The notes under the pieces: model-generated | Databases searched by the model: none | What the model saw: the letters and a program-made list of their open reading frames with translations, nothing else | What the model was told of the DNA's origin: nothing | Shown: positions 42,299 to 52,504 of the stretch, piece by piece | Layout of the letters: each line of letters opens with the position of its first letter | How positions within the stretch are numbered: the first letter of the stretch is position 1 | Program-made: the position numbers and the translations under genes | Assembly (NCBI GenBank): GCA_963422645.2 | Contig: CAXXVO010000002.1 | Span: 96,001-160,000, forward strand | Source: Alphaproteobacteria bacterium | GTDB taxonomy: Bacteria > Pseudomonadota > Alphaproteobacteria > UBA828 | Length of the DNA: 64,000 bases | Direction of reading: 5' to 3'

Positions 42299-44293
42299 TT
42301 ACAGTCTCATGCCGAGCATCCGGCCTTCGTAGAAGGCCATGCTGGCGGTGCGTGCCGCGACCATGTCGCCCACGGCGTGAAGCTCGATGGAATCGTCCGC
42401 AAGCGCGCGGGCGAGCGTGTCGTCGACCGTGTTGGTGGTCGCCAGCACGAGGCTGTCAGCCTCCACCTGCCGCTCATCGCCCGTGTGAAGGTTCACGATG
42501 GTGGCCGTGTTCCCCTCCCAGCGGGTCAGCGCATGGGCGCAGATCACCTCGACGCCCTGCTTCGCAAAGCGTTCGCGCGTGCTCGGGCCGAGATGCGAGC
42601 CATCGAGCGCCTCCGCCGCCTTCTCGGATGCGGTGACCACGGTCACGGCGTGGCCCCCCTCTGCAAGGTGGAGCGCGGTGCCGGATGCGGGCCACCAGCC
42701 GTTGAGATCGTCGAGCAGGAGGACCCGCGCGCCGGGCCGGGCGGTGCCGTCGAGAACGTCGTTCGCGGCGCAGACATTCTCCTGCTCGACGCCGGGAAGG
42801 GCATCGAGGTGGGGGAGCGCGCGCTGGAACCCGGTGCGCGTCGGCACCGAGCCGGTGGAGAGCACGACCGCATCGGCCCCAAGATCCCGGATGGCGTCGG
42901 CGGTCATTTCCGTGCCGAGCTCGACCCGGACCTGCAGCTTCTCCAGCTGGGTCCGGTACCAGCCCAGCAGCTCGTCGATCTCGTCCCGCTCGGGCTGCGC
43001 GGCGGCGAGGCGGAACTGCCCGCCGAGTTCCTCCGCCTTCTCTGCCAGCGTCACGCGGTGCCCGCGTGCCGCCGCCATCCGCGCCGCCTCCAGCCCGGCC
43101 GGGCCCCCGCCCACCACCAGCACGTGGCGGGGCGTCTCGGCCGGCGGGGCGCTGTCGCCGTCCCACGCGAACTCCCGACCGGCGGAGGGATTGACCAGGC
43201 AGGAGATGTGATAGTCCCGCATGCGCCGGCCGAGGCAGAGCTGATTGCAGGAGATGCACGGTCGGATGTCTTCCGCCCGGCCCTCGCGCGCCTTGTTGGC
43301 GAGGTGCGGATCGGCGATCTGTCCGCGCACGATGGAGACCAGATCGCAGCAGCCGCTCGCGATGGCGGCCTCGGCGCGCGCGGGCGTCTTCACCCGCGCC
43401 TCGGCCGTGACCAGTGCGTGCTTCACCACCTGCTTGATGGCGGCGGCGTCCTCCGTGCCGAGCGGCGCCGCGTAGTGGAAGCCCGGCACGATCGCCGTGA
43501 ACTTGTTGATGTAGCTACCAGTGCCGCAGGAGAAGTAGTCCGCGAGGCCGCGTTCGTCGAGCCACGCGAAGATCTCCTGCTTGTCAGCCATGGTGAGGCC
43601 ACCGGGGTAGGGCTCAGGCCCGGAGACGGTCATGCCGACGATGAAGTCCGGCCCGCAGGCCTTGCGGATGCCGTCCGCGATCTCGGTCACGAAGCGCAGC
43701 CGGTTCTCCAGGCTGCCGCCCCAGGCATCGTCGCGCCGGTTGGTCAGCGGCGACCAGAACTGGTCGATCAGGCAGGAATAGCCGGCGAAGAGGTCGACCC
43801 CGTCGAAGCCGCCCTTCTGGTCGCGCAGCGCTTGGTCGATGAAGGCCTGGATGAGCTCGCGGATCTCGGGCTCGCTCATGGCGTGGCTGCCCCAGGGGTC
43901 GTGGTGGCTGACCTGGCCGGAGGGGGACCAGTAGGGCGCCCAGGAGTTGTCCTGATCGCCGTGGGCGCCCACATGATAGATCTGGTGGCACATGACGGTG
44001 CCGTGGCTGTGGCACTCGTCGGTAATCTTGCGGAAGTGGGGTATCACCGCGTCGTCGGCCATGAAGTTGCCGCGCGTGAGGATCGCCGTCGGATGCGGCG
44101 GGGTGGGCTCCACCACGATCATGCCGGCGCCGCCGCGCGCGCGCTCCCGGTAGTAGCCGAAGTGCCGGTCGGCCGGCAGCCCGCCTTCCGCCATGTTCGC
44201 GGTGTGCGCGCCGAAGACGATGCGGCAGCGGAGCGTATGCCCGCGCAGGCGCGCCGGCGCGAACAGGTTCGGGAAGTGTCCAGGCTCCGTCAT
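42299..44293 (-). CDS. NADH:flavin oxidoreductase (Old Yellow Enzyme barrel + Fe-S + FAD domain; trimethylamine dehydrogenase/dienoyl-CoA reductase architecture)
   Basis: RARGGAGMI, QFWSPLTNRR.D.WGGSLENR, CISCNQLC...C, VGGGPAGLEAA. Confidence 0.88.
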   Translation of the reverse strand: MTEPGHFPNLFAPARLRGHTLRCRIVFGAHTANMAEGGLPADRHFGYYRERARGGAGMIVVEPTPPHPTAILTRGNFMADDAVIPHFRKITDECHSHGTVMCHQIYHVGAHGDQDNSWAPYWSPSGQVSHHDPWGSHAMSEPEIRELIQAFIDQALRDQKGGFDGVDLFAGYSCLIDQFWSPLTNRRDDAWGGSLENRLRFVTEIADGIRKACGPDFIVGMTVSGPEPYPGGLTMADKQEIFAWLDERGLADYFSCGTGSYINKFTAIVPGFHYAAPLGTEDAAAIKQVVKHALVTAEARVKTPARAEAAIASGCCDLVSIVRGQIADPHLANKAREGRAEDIRPCISCNQLCLGRRMRDYHISCLVNPSAGREFAWDGDSAPPAETPRHVLVVGGGPAGLEAARMAAARGHRVTLAEKAEELGGQFRLAAAQPERDEIDELLGWYRTQLEKLQVRVELGTEMTADAIRDLGADAVVLSTGSVPTRTGFQRALPHLDALPGVEQENVCAANDVLDGTARPGARVLLLDDLNGWWPASGTALHLAEGGHAVTVVTASEKAAEALDGSHLGPSTRERFAKQGVEVICAHALTRWEGNTATIVNLHTGDERQVEADSLVLATTNTVDDTLARALADDSIELHAVGDMVAARTASMAFYEGRMLGMRL

Positions 44294-44426
44294 CGCGTGC
44301 CCCCTACGGCTTCGGCCACGTGCGGCTACGCCGCGCCACCCACGGCGTAGCCAGTAACGATATCACCATCTGTACCGGCAGGTTTTCGTGGACATCGCGG
44401 CGATGGCATGACATCAGGCACCCACC

Positions 44427-45341
44427 ATGACCTGCGAGAGCGTGAGCTTCTACAGCGAGGGTGTGCGGCTCGAGGGCGATCTCTATCGGCCCAAGGGTGC
44501 AAGCACGGACGAGTTGCGCGCCGGCATCGTGCTTTGCCACGGCTACACCGGCGTGAAGAGCCTCTATCTGCCCGATAACGCGCGGGTGCTGACGGAGGCG
44601 GGCTACGTGGTGCTCGCCTTCGACTACAAGGGTTGGGGCGCGAGCGAAGGGCCGCGCGCCAGACTCGCACCCTTCAGCCGCGTTGCCGACGTGCAGGCCG
44701 CGCTCACCTTCTTGGGGACCCGGCCGGGGGTCGACCGCACCCACCTTGGCCTCTACGGCACCAGCTACGGCGGCGCCACGGTGATCTGGACGGCCGCAAT
44801 CGACGAACGCGTGCGCTGCGTGGTGAGCGTGGTGGGAGTGGGCGACGGCAGACGCTGGATGCGGAGCGTGCGCCGGCCGGACGAATGGCACGACCTGCTC
44901 GAGAGCGCGCGCGAGGATCGGGAGCAAGCGGTGGAGAGCGGCGAGTCCGCGCTCGCCGAGCGCGACGAGATACTTCTGCAAGATCGGGCGTCCGCCGCGC
45001 TCTCGGCGGCAGCGCGGGCCAACAATCCCGACGCGGTCTCGACCGTGCCGGCCTCATTCATCGACGAGACGCTTTCCTTCCACGCCGACTGGGTGGTGGG
45101 GAAGATCGCCCCGCGCCCCCTCCTGCTCATCACCACCGAGGACGACCGGCTGGTGCCGCCGGAGCAATCGCGAGCCCTCTACAACCTCGCCGGCGAGCCC
45201 AAGAAGCTCATCGTGCTCAAGGGCTACGGACACTACGACGTCTATGCCGAGCCCGCTTTCGGCGAGGTCATGGCGGCGACGCTCTCGTGGTACCGGGCGC
45301 ACCTGCCGGCACAGTCTCTCGACGCTCCATCGACAGGCTGA
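44427..45341 (+). CDS. Alpha/beta hydrolase (peptidase S15/CocE-like)
   Basis: LCHGY, FDYKGWGASEG, GTSYGG, DRLVP, GHYD. Confidence 0.85.
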   Translation: MTCESVSFYSEGVRLEGDLYRPKGASTDELRAGIVLCHGYTGVKSLYLPDNARVLTEAGYVVLAFDYKGWGASEGPRARLAPFSRVADVQAALTFLGTRPGVDRTHLGLYGTSYGGATVIWTAAIDERVRCVVSVVGVGDGRRWMRSVRRPDEWHDLLESAREDREQAVESGESALAERDEILLQDRASAALSAAARANNPDAVSTVPASFIDETLSFHADWVVGKIAPRPLLLITTEDDRLVPPEQSRALYNLAGEPKKLIVLKGYGHYDVYAEPAFGEVMAATLSWYRAHLPAQSLDAPSTG

Positions 45342-45344
45342 TCC

Positions 45345-46343
45345 ATGACCGAGCCCGTGACAATCAGGCTGGAGCCCTCCGGCGACAGCTTCACCTGTGG
45401 CCCGGGCGAGACCATCCTGCGCGCTGGGCTCGCGGCGGGCTTCGCCATGCCCTACGAATGCGCGAGCGGAAGCTGCAGCTCGTGCAAGGGGCGGCTGATC
45501 GAGGGCAAGGTGGATCACCTCTGGCCCGAGGCGACCGGGCTGAGCGAGCGCGACCGGCGCAAGGGCGACCGCATCCTCTGCTGCCAGGCGCTGCCTCAGG
45601 GCGACTGCAGGGTCCAGGTGCGCCTCGGCCCGGTGGAGGGTGCGCGGGAAGAGCCCAGGCCTGCGCCCTTTAGCGCCACCGTCGAGACGCTGGAGCGCCT
45701 GGTGCCGGGCGTGATCGCGTTCAGTTGCAGGCCGGCGCAGCCCGTCCCCTTCCTGCCCGGGCAGTACGTGCTGCTGCAGGTACCGGGCGGCGAGCGCCGC
45801 GCCTACTCGATGGCCAACACCGAGGCGGAGACCTTGGACTTCATCGCCAAGGAGAAGCCGGGCGGCCACGCGTCCCGCTATCTCTTCGACGAACTTGCCA
45901 CAGGCGGCACGGTGAACCTGGAGGGGCCCTACGGCCGCGCCTACCTGCGCACCCCGCCGGAGCGCGAGATCGTCTGCGTCGCCGGCGGCTCCGGGCTCGC
46001 GCCGATACTCTCGGTGGTCGAGGGGGCGCTCGCCAGGCCCGATACCCCCGGCGTCCGGCTCTTCTTCGGCGCGAACACGGCCGAGGAGCTCTTCATGGTG
46101 GACGAGATGGAGGCGCTTGCGGCCGCGCACGATCGACTCTCGCTCACGCTGGCCGTCCGCGACGGCGCGCCGGGCGCGGCCACCGGCCTGGTCGGCGATG
46201 TCGCGCTGGCGGCGATGGAAGACCTTGACGACTGCGACTTCTACATGGCCGGCCCGCCGGGGCTGATCGACGCGCTGCTCCGCCCCGTCATGCGCAGCCG
46301 CAAGGCCCGGCCCGAGCGCATCTTCTTCGACCGCTTTTACTAG
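45345..46343 (+). CDS. 2Fe-2S ferredoxin:NAD(P)H reductase (monooxygenase electron-transfer component type)
   Basis: YECASGSCSSC, ILCCQA, RAYSMAN, EGPYG, AGGSGLAP, AGPP, FFDRFY. Confidence 0.9.
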   Translation: MTEPVTIRLEPSGDSFTCGPGETILRAGLAAGFAMPYECASGSCSSCKGRLIEGKVDHLWPEATGLSERDRRKGDRILCCQALPQGDCRVQVRLGPVEGAREEPRPAPFSATVETLERLVPGVIAFSCRPAQPVPFLPGQYVLLQVPGGERRAYSMANTEAETLDFIAKEKPGGHASRYLFDELATGGTVNLEGPYGRAYLRTPPEREIVCVAGGSGLAPILSVVEGALARPDTPGVRLFFGANTAEELFMVDEMEALAAAHDRLSLTLAVRDGAPGAATGLVGDVALAAMEDLDDCDFYMAGPPGLIDALLRPVMRSRKARPERIFFDRFY

Positions 46344-47525
46344 TCACCTGGCACTGAAGTAGGGTTCATTGTAGGGTGGCTCTCCGAGTCGGACAGAGGA
46401 GGTCATCTCGATGGCGCGCGGTACGGGACGGCCGCTGGCGGCCCTGGTCTTGAGCGGTGAGGAGCGGTCGTTTCTGGAAGCGCAGGTTCGCCGCCACCGT
46501 GTGGCGCGCTCCATGTCGGATCGCTGCCGCATGATCCTGCTTTGCGCGGACGGGCTTGGCAACAAGGCGGTGGCCGCAGAGATCGGCGTGCACGAACACA
46601 CCGTCGGCAAGTGGCGGAGGCGCTTCGTCAAGGACCGCATCGAGGGTCTGTCGGACGAACCCCGGCCGGGACGGCCGCGGACCATCGCGGACGAGAAGGT
46701 GGCGCAAGTGATCGAGCGGACGCTCACCTCGACGCCTGCGGACGCCACCCACTGGTCGCTGCGCTCGATGGCGAAGGAGGCGGGGCTGTCGCACACGTCG
46801 ATCTGGCGCATCTGGGGCGCCTTCGGCCTGCAGCCCCATCGGGCCGAGACCTTCAAGCTGTCGGCCTATCCGCACTTCGTGGAGAAGGTCCGCGACATCG
46901 TAGGCCTCTACATGTCGCCGCCGGATCGCGCGCTGGTGCTCTGCGTCGACGAGAAGAGCCAGATCCAGGCCCTCGACCGTACACAGCCGGTCCTGCCGAT
47001 GCTGCCGGGCATCCCTGAGCGGCGCACCCATGACTACAAGCGCAACGGCACGACCTCGCTCTTCGCCGCCCTCGACGTTGCCACCGGCTCGGTCATAGGC
47101 AAGTGCTATCGCCGCCACCGGGCCAGGGAGTTCCTCGACTTCCTGAAGGTGATCGATCGCAATGTCCCGGACGGACTGGACATCCACGTCGTCATGGACA
47201 ACTACGCCACCCACAAGACGGCGGGGGTCAAGGCCTGGCTGGCGCGGCGTCCGCATTGGCACGTTCACTTCACGCCGACGTCGGCGTCGTGGATCAACCA
47301 GGTCGAACGCTGGTTCGCCGAGCTGACACGCAAGCAGCTGCAACGCGGGGTGCACCGCTCCACCCTCCAGCTCGAGGCCGACATCCGCGCTTTCATCGAA
47401 ACCCACAACGAAAATCCTCGACCCTTCAGGTGGACCAAATCAGCCGACGACATCCTCGCTGCCGTCAAGCGCTTCTGCCTTCGGGTCGAACAAAACTTAT
47501 GCCACGAACTTTAGATTCAGGTGAC
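46343..47525 (+). mobile_element. IS630-family element, 1183 bp, copy 1 (transposase 46411-47514)
   Basis: IR GTCACCTG...CAGGTGAC flanked by TA; [28 protein letters not shown]. Confidence 0.95.
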
Positions 47526-47527
47526 TA

Positions 47528-48710
47528 GTCACCTGGCACTGAAGCAGGGTTCATTGTAGGGTGGCTCTCCGAGTCGGACAGAGGAGGTCATCTCGATGGC
47601 GCGCGGTACGGGACGGCCGCTGGCGGCCCTGGTCTTGAGCGGTGAGGAGCGGTCGTTTCTGGAAGCGCAGGTTCGCCGCCACCGTGTGGCGCGCTCCATG
47701 TCGGATCGCTGCCGCATGATCCTGCTTTGCGCGGACGGGCTTGGCAACAAGGCGGTGGCCGCAGAGATCGGCGTGCACGAACACACCGTCGGCAAGTGGC
47801 GGAGGCGCTTCGTCAAGGACCGCATCGAGGGTCTGTCGGACGAACCCCGGCCGGGACGGCCGCGGACCATCGCGGACGAGAAGGTGGCGCAAGTGATCGA
47901 GCGGACGCTCACCTCGACGCCTGCGGACGCCACCCACTGGTCGCTGCGCTCGATGGCGAAGGAGGCGGGGCTGTCGCACACGTCGATCTGGCGCATCTGG
48001 GGCGCCTTCGGCCTGCAGCCCCATCGGGCCGAGACCTTCAAGCTGTCGGCCTATCCGCACTTCGTGGAGAAGGTCCGCGACATCGTAGGCCTCTACATGT
48101 CGCCGCCGGATCGCGCGCTGGTGCTCTGCGTCGACGAGAAGAGCCAGATCCAGGCCCTCGACCGTACACAGCCGGTCCTGCCGATGCTGCCGGGCATCCC
48201 TGAGCGGCGCACCCATGACTACAAGCGCAACGGCACGACCTCGCTCTTCGCCGCCCTCGACGTTGCCACCGGCTCGGTCATAGGCAAGTGCTATCGCCGC
48301 CACCGGGCCAGGGAGTTCCTCGACTTCCTGAAGGTGATCGATCGCAATGTCCCGGACGGACTGGACATCCACGTCGTCATGGACAACTACGCCACCCACA
48401 AGACGGCGGGGGTCAAGGCCTGGCTGGCGCGGCGTCCGCATTGGCACGTTCACTTCACGCCGACGTCGGCGTCGTGGATCAACCAGGTCGAACGCTGGTT
48501 CGCCGAGCTGACACGCAAGCAGCTGCAACGCGGGGTGCACCGCTCCACCCTCCAGCTCGAGGCCGACATCCGCGCTTTCATCGAAACCCACAACGAAAAT
48601 CCTCGACCCTTCAGGTGGACCAAATCAGCCGACGACATCCTCGCTGCCGTCAAGCGCTTCTGCCTTCGGGTCGAACAAAACTTATGCCACGAACTTTAGA
48701 TTTAGGTGAC
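47528..48710 (+). mobile_element. IS630-family element, copy 2 in direct tandem (transposase 47596-48699)
   Basis: Identical protein; separated from copy 1 only by TA at 47526-47527; followed by TA at 48711-48712. Confidence 0.95.
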
Positions 48711-48712
48711 TA

Positions 48713-49016
48713 GGGCGTGGACTCATTAGCGCGCAACCAGATGCGGATTGTGGCGAGTTTGATCATCGCGAGGTAGTTTGCGGCGAGTTTTTCGTAGCGT
48801 GTTGCGGTGCACCTGAACTGCTTGAGTTTGGTGAAGAATCGCTCGACCCGATTACGCAGGCGGTGGAGAATGTGACTGAAGGCATGGGCAGCCTTGGCGT
48901 TGCTGCGGTCGGGAATGATCGCCACGGCGTCCTGCGCCTCGATCATCGTTCTGATCCATTCGGCGTCGTAGGCCTTGTCGCCGAGGAGGAAGCTGTCTGC
49001 AGGAAGTTGATCTTCG
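48713..49016 (-). pseudogene. 3' fragment and right end of an IS5-family (IS427-like) transposase, truncated by IS66
   Basis: GDKAYDA, IIP, RNRVERFFTKLKQFR..ATRYEKLA.NYLAM. Confidence 0.85.
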
Positions 49017-49111
49017 GTAACTACCCAGGTACCCCGCCGCCAGTTCTGAGTGCGTGCTGATGTTGCTTGCCGTCGGTGCCGTTTCGCCGTCGGCGCGTCG
49101 TTGATCCCCGC

Positions 49112-49140
49112 TTGACTGTATAGGTTCTCTCGCCTATGGG
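49112..49140 (+). promoter_or_regulatory. Putative sigma70 promoter of the methyltransferase-transposase operon
   Basis: TTGACT-N17-TATGGG; the same arrangement TTGACC-N17-TATGGA recurs at 63681-63709 in the related element. Confidence 0.5.
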
Positions 49141-49168
49141 TTGCACTCTCGCATGAGAGGAGCAGCCG

Positions 49169-49837
49169 GTGGGGTATTTCGGGTCGAAGGCGACGACCGG
49201 TCTGAGCCAGGCGCTGATTGCGCTGATGCCGCGGCACTCTGTCTATATCGAGAGCCATCTTGGGGGCGGGGCGCTGATGAAGCGCAAGCCTGCGGCCATG
49301 CGCTCGATCGGGATCGACCGCGACGAGCGGGCGCTTGAGGCCTTTGGCTGCGACTACCCGGTGGAGTTGGTGCACGGCTGCGCCCATTCCTTCCTGGCCT
49401 CGTTCCCGTTTCTGGGCCCGGAGCTGGTCTACAGCGATCCGCCCTATCTGCACGCGACCCGGCGTTCGTCGCAGCGCTACCGCTTCGAGTACGAGGAGGC
49501 CGACCACGTCGCGCTCCTCGAACTGCTCAAGGGTCTGCCCTGCCAGGTGATGGTCTCGGGCCACCCGTCTGCGCTCTATGACGAGCTGCTGGCGGGCTGG
49601 CGCCGGCTGGCGCTGCAGGTGACGACCCAGGCCCAGGTGCGGACCGAGGTCGTGTGGTTCAACTTCGCGCCTGACCGGGTGCACTGGGCGAGCTTCGCCG
49701 GCCGGAACTTCACCGAGCGCCAGTGCATCAAGCGCAAGGCGGCCAACTGGGGCCGGCGCTACGAGGCCATGCCGGCGGGCGAACGCCTGGCGGTGCTGGC
49801 CGCGATCATGGCCGTCGAGGCCGACGAGGGTTCGTGA
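49169..49837 (+). CDS. Small D12-class (Dam-like) N6-adenine DNA methyltransferase
   Basis: YFGSK (motif X), ESHLGGG (motif I variant), GID, YSDPPY (motif IV), RTEVVWFNF. Confidence 0.8.
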   Translation: MGYFGSKATTGLSQALIALMPRHSVYIESHLGGGALMKRKPAAMRSIGIDRDERALEAFGCDYPVELVHGCAHSFLASFPFLGPELVYSDPPYLHATRRSSQRYRFEYEEADHVALLELLKGLPCQVMVSGHPSALYDELLAGWRRLALQVTTQAQVRTEVVWFNFAPDRVHWASFAGRNFTERQCIKRKAANWGRRYEAMPAGERLAVLAAIMAVEADEGS

Positions 49838-51376
49838 CAGTGTCGCGCTGGCACGAGGACCTCGCTGCCCACGACGAGGCCTTCGCGTGCCTGCAGGACC
49901 TTTTCACCCCACAATCCTTCGCAATGACCGCCGTCAAAGCCATTCGGGAATGGGGCCAGAGGTTGCTGCGCCTGAGCGCGGCCCTGGTCAAGGAGAACGA
50001 CGCGCTGGAGCGGGAGAACGCCCGCTTGCGCGAGCGGATCGCCGAACTCGAGCGCAGCGCCGCGCTCGACAGCACCACCAGCTCCAAGCCGCCGGCCAGC
50101 GACGGTCTGAAGAAGAAGAGCGGTGACCGGGAGAAGCGCACCCGGAGCCAGCGCGGCAAGTCCGACAGGCCCAGTGGCGGCCAGCCGGGCCACAAGGGAA
50201 CTACCCTGGAGCGGACCGCGACGCCCGACCATGTCGTCGATCATGATCCCGTCCGCCTGTGAGGGCTGCGGCGCGCCGCTGTCGGACGCTGACCGTCACG
50301 GAGCCCCCGTCTGCCGGCAGGTCTTCGATGTGCCCGAGCCGCAGCCCCTCGAGGTCACCGAACATCGCGGCCATCGTTGCCTCTGCGCTGCCTGCGGCAC
50401 CGTGACGACAGCCGTCTTCCCGAACGGCGTGAGCGCACCGGTCCAATACGGGCCGCGCATCACCGCGTGGGTGACCTACCTGCTGCACGCTCAGTTCATT
50501 CCCGAGAAGCGGGTCGCCGAGGTCATGAGCGACCTCTTCGCGGTCAAGCTCTCAACAGCCACCATCGTCGCCATGGGAAGGCGCACCGCCCGGCGCTTCG
50601 AGGGCTTCCTCGATCGCCTCGCGGAGATCATCCGCACCGCAGCCCCAGTCAAACACCTCGACGAGACCGGCATCCGCATCGCCGCCCGGACCCATTGGCT
50701 CCATGTGCTGTGCACCCCGTTGCTCACCATCCTGCGCGTCGCCACCGGGCGCAGCCACATCGACGAGAAGCTCAACGGCATCGTCATCCATGACGACTAC
50801 GCCACCTACTTCGCTCTCGAGGGCGTGCGCCACGGGGCCTGCAACGCCCATCACCTGCGCGAGCTCCAAGCCCTCATCGAGATCGAGAAGGAAGACTGGG
50901 CAACGAGCACGCACCGGCTCCTCATCCGTGCCAACAGAGCCGCCCGCTTCGCCCACAAGAACGACCGCGACGTGCCCGCCTCACTGGTGGCCCGCATCTC
51001 GCGAGCCTGGGACCGCATCCTCGAACGTGCCATCGCCTCTCACGAAGAAATGCCACCGCTCCAGACCGGAAAGCGCGGACGACAAAAGCGCCGCATCGGT
51101 CACAACCTCGCCCTCCGACTCCAGAAGTACAAGGAGGGGTGCCTGCGCTTCCTCACCGATCCGCGAACCCCCTTCTCCAACAACGAGGCCGAGCGCGACC
51201 TCCGAATGGGCAAGCTGCGCCAGAAAATCTCAGGCGGCTTCCGCTCGATACAAGGCGCCCGCGACTTCGCAAACCTGCGATCCGTCATCGCCACCGCTCG
51301 AAAACAGCGCTGGAATGTCCTCGAAACCCTGGCGCACCCCGATCCAATCCAGCTGATCCCCGTATTGCGCTTCTGA
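49834..51376 (+). pseudogene. IS66-family transposase, one frameshift near 50250
   Basis: GTGA overlap with the methyltransferase stop; SSKPPASD, GGQPGHKG, DETG, CNAHHLREL, NNEAERDLR, QKISGGFRS. Confidence 0.85.
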
Positions 51377-51575
51377 AATCCTGCGCTGCTCCGGGAAAGC
51401 GCCGCCTGACCCCTGGCTGGTCAGAACCATCAATCCATCACGTCCGAGTGCTCGGCAGAATCAGACCTGGGCAGTTACATGGCGGCCACAGGACTTTGAC
51501 TTGCATCCCATGATAGCATAATTTGCTGGCAAAATAGCCTATGAGCAGGCTGCCAACCCTGCCGGAGCCGCCGAC

Positions 51576-51833
51576 ATGAGCACAAGCATTACCGTCCGCG
51601 ACATCGATCCCGGAGACAAGTCCTGGCTCCGACGCGAAGCCCGCCAGATCGGCGTGTCAATGGAAGAGCTGGTCCGCCGTCTGATCCACGAGAAGCGTAC
51701 CAGGACCGAGCGCCGTCTGAAACCGTCCGAGGTCTTCGCACGGCATTTCGGGGAGGAGCACGGCGTCGAGCTTCCGCCTCCGCTCCGTCGCGGCTATCAG
51801 TCGCTGTCGTTCTCCCGTGAGGACGAGGAATGA
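51576..51833 (+). CDS. FitA-like ribbon-helix-helix antitoxin
   Basis: SITVRDID...LRREA..GVSMEE.VRRLI; ATGA overlap with the PIN gene. Confidence 0.8.
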   Translation: MSTSITVRDIDPGDKSWLRREARQIGVSMEELVRRLIHEKRTRTERRLKPSEVFARHFGEEHGVELPPPLRRGYQSLSFSREDEE

Positions 51834-52279
51834 CCGCCTCACTGGCGTGGCTGATCGACACGAACGTCGTCTCCGAAATGATGCGACAGCGGCCCGAGCC
51901 GGGGGTCGGGGCTTTTCTCGATTCGATTGCCGACGAGGGCCTTGGCCTCGCCTCCATCACCGTCTGGGAGGTGCTTGACGGCATCGGCCGGCTCGACCCC
52001 GGCCGGCGACGGCGCGACCTCGCTGACCGGTTCCAGGACCTTGTCGACGAGTTGTTCGAGGACCGGATCGTCGAGTGGTCCTTGGCCGATGCGCAGGCAT
52101 GCGCGCGGATCATGGAAGAAAAGCGCCGGCGCGGGGAGGCGCTCGACGACCATGTACCGGATGCCTTCCTCGCCGCGGCGGCCGCCACGCGAGGCCTCGC
52201 CGTCGTGACCCGCAACGCGGGCGAGTTCCGCAATACCGGCGTTAAGACTGTCGATCCATGGACGGCAGGACCGCGATGA
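51830..52279 (+). CDS. VapC/FitB PIN-domain toxin
   Basis: LIDTNVVSE, ITVWE, DAFLAA.A, VVTRN..F, DPW. Confidence 0.9.
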   Translation: MTASLAWLIDTNVVSEMMRQRPEPGVGAFLDSIADEGLGLASITVWEVLDGIGRLDPGRRRRDLADRFQDLVDELFEDRIVEWSLADAQACARIMEEKRRRGEALDDHVPDAFLAAAAATRGLAVVTRNAGEFRNTGVKTVDPWTAGPR

Positions 52280-52384
52280 GGATGGTTCCCAACACGGGAC
52301 ATCGTCGTTCGGTCGACGTCGTCCGGTCTGGGAGGCTATTTGCCGTCGGGGCGGCCGTTCAGGACTTGCCTCGCTGTGGTAGCG

Positions 52385-52476
52385 TGTTGTTAAGCGTCGA
52401 ATCCTGACCCCCTAGTATCTAGCTTTCTCAATAGGTTACAGTGCCGATCGGCGTCAAACACCTGCGCCGAACAACA
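52385..52476 (+). mobile_element. 92-bp miniature element (TGTTG...CAACA) with IS21-like ends, copy A
   Basis: 66/92 ungapped identity (manual count) to the reconstructed copy B; TGACCCCC at positions 21-28, the same register as the IS21 end at 63834. Confidence 0.7.
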
Positions 52477-52504
52477 CTCTAGGCGGGCTGGAGGTGGACT
52501 GAAC

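Larger units (their letters stand above)
49017..51478 (+). mobile_element. IS66-family element, 2462 bp, carrying a DNA methyltransferase-like gene
   Basis: IR GTAACTACCCAGGT / ACCTGGGCAGTTAC (13/14); no matching TSD. Confidence 0.88.

Noticed and set aside
48710-49684. 324-aa minus-strand ORF as a complete IS5 transposase
   Set aside because: Only the last ~100 aa are IS5-like; the rest is antisense to the IS66 left end and methyltransferase
49009-51486. 8-bp target duplication around the IS66-methyltransferase element
   Set aside because: Flanks GATCTTCG and ATGGCGGC differ, and neither matches the flanks of the other IS66 ends, so later rearrangement is likely
51497-51531. FitA operator/promoter upstream of the TA pair (TGATAGCA half-site)
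   Set aside because: Only one good half-site and non-canonical -35/-10 spacing; too weak to call
52280-52384. Continuation of the truncated RM gene on the far side of the putative composite
   Set aside because: Joining across AGCG gives PLPQRGKS followed by a stop, with no RM-like sequence
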